Shown one piece after another: positions 58,481 to 64,000 of a stretch of DNA of 64,000 bases (its first letter is position 1; each line of letters starts with the position of its first letter). The position numbers and the translations under genes were made by a program. A model generated the notes under the pieces. It was not told the DNA's origin, ran no database searches, and worked only from the letters and a program-made list of their open reading frames with translations. The DNA is from Camelus ferus (taxonomy: Eukaryota). The stretch lies in the NCBI RefSeq assembly GCF_009834535.1, contig NC_045707.1, positions 37,882,001 through 37,946,000 of the forward strand. Reading direction: 5' to 3'.

Positions 58481-61292
58481 TGCTTCACTGCGTGCTAGCT
58501 CAGTTCTTCCTGCAACTTCACAAAGGAGGCCCTGTGTTATATCACAGGAGTTGCATGTGTAGAACTCATTCTTTTTTTAAAATAACGCTTCAAAAACGTG
58601 ACAGCCATTCTCAGCTCTCTGGGTCCTATGGAAACATGCTGGGAACTGGACTTGGCCTCAGGCTGAATATGCAGCAGACAAAGAAGCAGGATGATTTCAA
58701 ATGGTGCAGGAACGGTATAGAGAGAGTATGAGGCCTGGAGTGGCCTTATGTGCTGGAGGGGTCAGGGAGGGCCTCCCTAAGGGACCATGGAGCTGAAGCT
58801 TGAGTGATAAGGACGTAAGGTCACGGCATGTAAAGCACTTAGCACGGTGTCTGTACTACATATTAAGTGCCTCACGAATGCCTGCTGGTATTTCTAGCTT
58901 ATTGTTCCCGTGGTTGGCCAGTAATTGGCTCTGTGACCTTGGGCGAGCTATCTCACCGCTCTTGGGAGTTGAATGTCTCCCTCTGGCTTTGACAGTTGCA
59001 CAGTTCTAAGTGATTTCTAGCATTTGTCTCCTCCTGACTTCCCACCACCCCTTTGAAATAGGGGGCAGAATGAGCCCTCTTTTACATTTTCAATAGAAGA
59101 TTCATTGTCTGAAGAGGGAAGCTTTTGTGGAAGGACAACCACCATGGTTATTAACATTTGTGGATCCCTTTCAGTTTCCTCAGTGCCGAGTGAGGTTTTA
59201 TTAGAATGTGGGCACTTTCCTATTCAGACTGGGCTGCAAGCAGCCCCCTGGCAGATACACCATGGGACCGTTGGCCTCTTGCTCCACTGTGGGGGGGAAC
59301 TGACAAGTGGGTTATTTTCTTACCCCCCCAAGAATGTTGCCACCCTCTCCTGAGCCCTCGATGGTGAAAAAAATTGATTTCTATTGTCACTTGACAATAA
59401 GACCTTGCCAAGGCCAAGTTCAGCTGGCTGCATAATCAAAGGGGTGGTCTCTCCCCTTGCCCATCTTTGGTTCATGGAGGAATGCAGGAGTGGGTCCAAG
59501 AGCCACCCACATCCTCCACGGCCTGTGTGTGTTCACTGTCTGCTCCCTCTAAGAACAGCCTCCCAGGATCGTAGGCCCTACTCAGAGGAAATAAAGCCTT
59601 CCAGTCATATCTTTACATTTGACGTAAGCAAAGGCAGGCTTTTCTTGCTGAGTACTGAATGGGGTTGTCATGAGGGCCTGGGGTAGCTGGGGGGCCTGGC
59701 ACCCTCCTGAAAAGGGGCCTTGAGTCCGGAAGCTCATTCATCTCTGTGCAGCCTCCTTTCATCCGGCCACGTGGTCCACCCGCAGGCTGAGGGAGGATGC
59801 TGCCTGGCCCTGGGCTTACAGCAGGGCGTCCTGTGTTTCCTATCTGCCTTCTCTATTTCTCTGTTGCCCACGGAGGTAGGATGCCAGAGAAGTCTTAAGT
59901 CATCTTCCTGACGTGCCTGGCTTGGCAGTGTGGTTTGACTGCAGTGGTTCCTGTTCTTTTTGCTCCAATTCCACTGTCACTTCCTTGGTCTGGCCAATAT
60001 CACCCAGTGCCATCGACCCCTCCCCTCTCGCCTTCCTTCCTGCCTTTTCTCTTTTCCTCTCCATCTACCTTCCTGCCTGCCCACACTCCATGTTTTCTCA
60101 GGCCAGCCACACACCAGGCCTTGCGTGACACACTGGAGACGAAGCAGTGAGTAAGAGCCCCACTGGTGTAGAGTTAAGGAATGATGCCAATATGGATTTA
60201 ATGACAAGCGGGGAAGGTTCTGTGAAGGAGAAATACAGGGACCCGATAGTTGATTTCATCAGCAGATAGCAAAAACAAGAGTAAGAAGAACTTCCCAATT
60301 CTTGTCGAGTCATAGGTGGACAGATGGTAGTTTAGAAACATTTCCATGTATAGTGCTGCACGGGGATCTGGTGCAAGTCTGAAGTTGCAGATGCTCACAG
60401 ATGGGAGTGCATTCCTGCCGGGCCGCCTGTGCTTGACCCTGTGATAGTCGAGGTGTGGCCCTGGGCTGCTGATAACAGGGACTTTTTTCTCCAGAGCACT
60501 TCAAGCCTTGGGAATCCAGAGTGGTGGTTTTTACTTCCTGTCATCCAGGAAAGGGTGCTAATGTGAGAGCTGAGGTCACAAGGAGATCAGTTTGGAGGGA
60601 ACTAAGCAGGCTTTCAGAGCTGGCAGTAGACTGCTTGGCAGGCTTCCTTGTTACTCGTGGATAACTCCCCCACCAAAGGAGTTTTTGCCCTCCTTAGAGC
60701 CAAGGCGAATTAAGTTACCAACCAGCTTGTTTATGAGCAGAGATGAATCCATTGGCAAGCCTATTTTTCCCTTATTAGATTCCCATTGTCATTTAATGCC
60801 TTTTTATTTATGTCTTTCTTTTGAGTAATTGCTCTGTGCCTTGGCCCTGGTAATTCTCTGCAGTTTGGATTTGCAGACGACATTGGCACGGAGCTTTTGG
60901 AATCAACTGGGGCTGAGCAGGGGATCTAGCTGTTGCTTCCTTGTTTGACTGATTTTTCTCTAGCAGAGCCTTTCCGTCACATCACGTGCTAGCAAAGGTA
61001 CCTTAGTGAAAGGAGGGATGTGGGGAGGATTTGGCTACTGAGCAATGGCATCAGCACAGCATAGGCCGGCGACTCGGAACCCAAGAGCTGGTCTCGAGAT
61101 AAACCATGCAATAAAGCTTTTTCTAGCCATCGCTGTGGCAGCTGCATGGTGGGGCTGAGTGATGCTAATTTCACCTATCCATGTTTAGTCATCGACACCC
61201 TGTAAACTGAGCTCTCCTTTTTTCTTTTTTCAAAAGATCAGGATTCCTAGAGTAAATGAATCTGGCCCCATGAAGCAGCCCCCTGCTTTATG

Positions 61293-61328
61293 AAAAAAAA
61301 AAAAACAAAAAACAAAAAAACAAAAAAA
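61293..61328 (+). repeat. A-rich tract, A13 followed by (CA6-7)n
   Basis: Seen directly. Confidence 0.9.
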
Positions 61329-61517
61329 TCCCACCATCCCAAACCCCAGGCTGTTAAAACCTGATGTTTTCTGTTGTCTGGAGAAGGGTGTTTTTGCTAT
61401 AAATGAAAGACGTGACGGGGTATTTCAAAGCTTTGTTTTGGTTATTGTCGGTTCTGCCAACATGTAACATCTGTATTTATTTTCCAAACTCTCCCAATGA
61501 CTGATTTGCATCTGTTT

Positions 61518-61705
61518 NNNNNNNNNNNNNNNNNNNNNNNNNNNNNNNNNNNNNNNNNNNNNNNNNNNNNNNNNNNNNNNNNNNNNNNNNNNNNNNNNNN
61601 NNNNNNNNNNNNNNNNNNNNNNNNNNNNNNNNNNNNNNNNNNNNNNNNNNNNNNNNNNNNNNNNNNNNNNNNNNNNNNNNNNNNNNNNNNNNNNNNNNNN
61701 NNNNN
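61518..61705 (+). other. NUAK1: 188-N assembly gap, probably containing NUAK1 exon 2
   Basis: Seen: N run preceded by a branch-point-like CTGAT (61501-61505) and the start of a pyrimidine-rich tract (TTTGCATCTGTTT). Inference: position and size fit a ~120-nt exon plus flanks. Confidence 0.5.
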
Positions 61706-62399
61706 GTTACCATTTCTCATACCATGGGGCTTGCCAAGATCTTTAGGTAATTGCCCTTCTGGGCAGGAGCCAAGTATTTTTCTTCATGATGCAAAAATAG
61801 CCGGGTGTGATCTCTTATTTGGTTACGTTGAGTGCAAGCACACACGTATAGCACAGCTCACTTTGGCCATAAAATAGCTCTGCCAGGTGCCTTCCTCTGT
61901 CTTCCCAGTTCCTTGGCGGTTGCTAAGCAACCCACCTTATTGAAAGCCAGTATGTGAGACAGCCACGGTTTCTGGAAGGTGGCAGTTTGCTGAGTGACCA
62001 AGGAATGGTGGATCCACTGTCAGTGTCATTTCCGAAAGCTGAGGCTTCAGGGGTGGGGTCATAAGTTATTCAAAGTTGGCCTCTTTGAGTTAGGAATTAG
62101 CTTCCAGCAGGTCCAAGCAATACTGAGAAAGAGGGATCTGTTGGTGTGACAGATGCTTTGCAAGTGTAGTTCAAATTGTTGGTGTTTGTAGAAGGGCAGG
62201 GAAGGGAAAAGCTTGTAAAAGTGCTCATGCTTCAACTCTTTGGTCCGCCACGGGAAGAAATGGCGAGTATAAAATTCCCACAGCCTATCATTAAAAAGAA
62301 TCCTTTAAAAAAATTACACAAGCAATATGTATTTATGGCAGAAATGATTGAAATATAACTGTCAAAATAAAAAAACTCTGTTCTAACACTCAGTTTGAT

Positions 62400-62800
62400 A
62401 AATAGCTCTCTAAGCATATTTATATTTTTATCTATTCTTTATATCTGTATGTGTTTTTTATCCAAAGTTAGACCATACTGTTTATACTGGTTTTAGCTTG
62501 ATTTTTTCCCCCACTTTTTATACCATGCGTCTCTTCCTATGTCAATAAATATTCCTCTATAAGGACATATTAAAAAGTTTTATAGTATTCTATTTATAGA
62601 CATACCATAATTTATTGAATCTATTTCCTTTTGTCAAATATATAAATTGTCTCAAATTTCTGGTTATTATAAACAGGGCTTTAGTGACTCTCCTTGTACA
62701 TCATTTTTTACATTCATTTCTGATTATTTTCTTATGAAAAATTCCTAGTCTTGAGCTTATTGAGTCAAAATGTTTCTGCAGAATATTTTTTAATATACGG
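62400..62800 (-). mobile_element. L1ME-type 3' fragment (antisense)
   Basis: ATACCATAATTTATTGAATCTATTTCC...TATTATAAACAGGGCT...CTGATTATTTTCTTATGAAAAATTCCTAG. Confidence 0.7.
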
Positions 62801-63112
62801 TTGAGTCAGACAAGCAAACCTACTTTAAGTTTCTGGTCTGAGCGTCATGTTACACAGCAAAGGCCAAGAGGAAAGCAGATAGTAACTCTAAAATTTTTCT
62901 GATAGTTCAGGTTTTCCTTCTTCTGGTTCTCTGCTGGTTTGGCTATTCTTTTTTTCCTGCTGTTTCTATTTTTGCTCCTCATCTAGAAGTAGGTGCTGGT
63001 AATATCTTTTATCTTGATTTTTCCAAAGCTCATTAGTGGGTCCCTTGGGGATAGGATTTTTAACGGAAATTTTCATTCAGTCAGTCTTTTATTCATTCCA
63101 CAAACATGTCAT

Positions 63113-63230
63113 GCAGTGGGTCTCAAAGTGCAGTGCCTATAGCCGCAGCGTCAGCATGAACTGGGATGGTTAGACATGCAGAGTCCCAGGCCCCACCCAG
63201 GACCTGCTGTAATAGACCTGCTGTAACACA
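63113..63230. mobile_element. MER5-type fragment with a 12-bp internal duplication (GACCTGCTGTAA x2)
   Basis: CAGTGGGTCTCAAAGTG...ATGCAGAGTCCCAGGCCCCACCCAGGACCTGCTG. Confidence 0.7.
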
Positions 63231-64000
63231 ACAGAATATGTTGCGAGTGACACATTCTGTGACCGTGGTGGCCCAAGCTTAGAAGTTTCCATGGAAATAC
63301 ATGGCATCCAGGCTGGCCCTTGAAGGAGTCTTTTTGAGGAAGATTTGGCAAAAGTAGAATTCTAGGCTAATAAAAACAAACCTGAATATGCCTGATAATT
63401 GAGGAGAAATTCTAGGAGAAATTCTAGAAGTTAGAAGTGAGTCAAGATACCAGATAAGAGGATGAGAGTGAGTTTTATGAAGTTCAGGGTGTTTTTGCTC
63501 TCTGTGGCCCAGCGCCCCGGAAACATGAAGGTGGTTGTGCACAGCGTGGACCAGTGTGGGTCATGTGCTCTGTGAGCTCTGCTGTATTTGAGATTTCTTG
63601 GCCTCATTCAAGCAGGAGGCTTCTCTACCAGGGAGGCAGAGAGACTGTACATCCAGTGCTTTATTTGGGAGTCAGTCTGGTCACTGAAGTCTGGCATCGA
63701 GAAGCGACTTGATGAGTGAATTCCTCACTAGCATCATGCCCTCTTTGGCCCTGGGAATCCTTCAGGCCGAATGGGGAACAGGAATTTGTCTCCCACCCAA
63801 GGAAAGGCCAGAGGTGACCCTCAATGGGAAAACATTCTATTATCAAGAACAAATTGGCCTCAGTCCAGCCTTTACTGAAGGCTCAAGAAGAGAAGCCCTA
63901 GCTTATAAGTTTAAAGATGGGTACCAGCATGAATTAAAGTTCTTTGGGTGACTAGAAATGATTTCTACCAAGGCCTCAGGAGAGAGCTTGGGATTCAGTT

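Larger units (their letters stand above)
31227..61517 (+). other. NUAK1: NUAK1 intron 1 (3' boundary inferred)
   Basis: Seen: canonical GTGAGT donor at 31227 and no sequence encoding [13 protein letters not shown] found downstream. Inference: the intron ends just inside the second gap; human intron 1 is recalled as roughly 30 kb. Confidence 0.7.

Noticed and set aside
63402-63425. 12-bp tandem duplication AGGAGAAATTCT x2 (and similar short duplications at 208-241 and 63201-63226)
   Set aside because: Ordinary slippage duplications with no spacer array; nothing CRISPR-like.
1-64000. Prokaryotic, viral or horizontally acquired system (operons, CRISPR, integrase, intact ERV or L1 ORFs)
   Set aside because: Composition and repeat content are ordinary eutherian throughout; only solo LTRs and truncated LINE fragments were seen, with no long coding frame.

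Overview
Mammalian (eutherian) genomic DNA with no prokaryotic features. It is most likely from a camelid: two copies of a ~117-bp tRNA-Ala-derived SINE resembling Vic-1 and artiodactyl-type L1 3' ends are present, and I saw no Alu, B1/B2, Bov-tA or PRE-1. The window holds the 5' end of NUAK1 (ARK5, an AMPK-related kinase) on the + strand. Layout: ~29.4 kb of repeat-rich upstream intergenic DNA (MIR, L2, MER3/MER33/MER58/MER102, MLT1, LTR16); a ~2-kb CpG island (about 29480-31520); coding exon 1 (ATG 30972, donor at 31227, interrupted by a 138-N gap); then ~30 kb of intron 1. Exon 2 (VAIKSIRK...) was not found in readable sequence and probably lies inside the second gap (61518-61705). No other gene, processed pseudogene, true RNA gene or CRISPR-like array is supported, and the other ORFs in the track look like noise. 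I found no convincing undescribed biological system. The best leads are regulatory: a candidate spliced upstream 5' exon, uORFs and an open in-frame extension, an antisense splice donor, a strong CTCF site, a SMAD-motif cluster, and two informative SINE insertions. Repeat subfamily names and human NUAK1 comparisons come from recalled consensus sequences, repeat boundaries are approximate, and all need RepeatMasker/BLAST confirmation.
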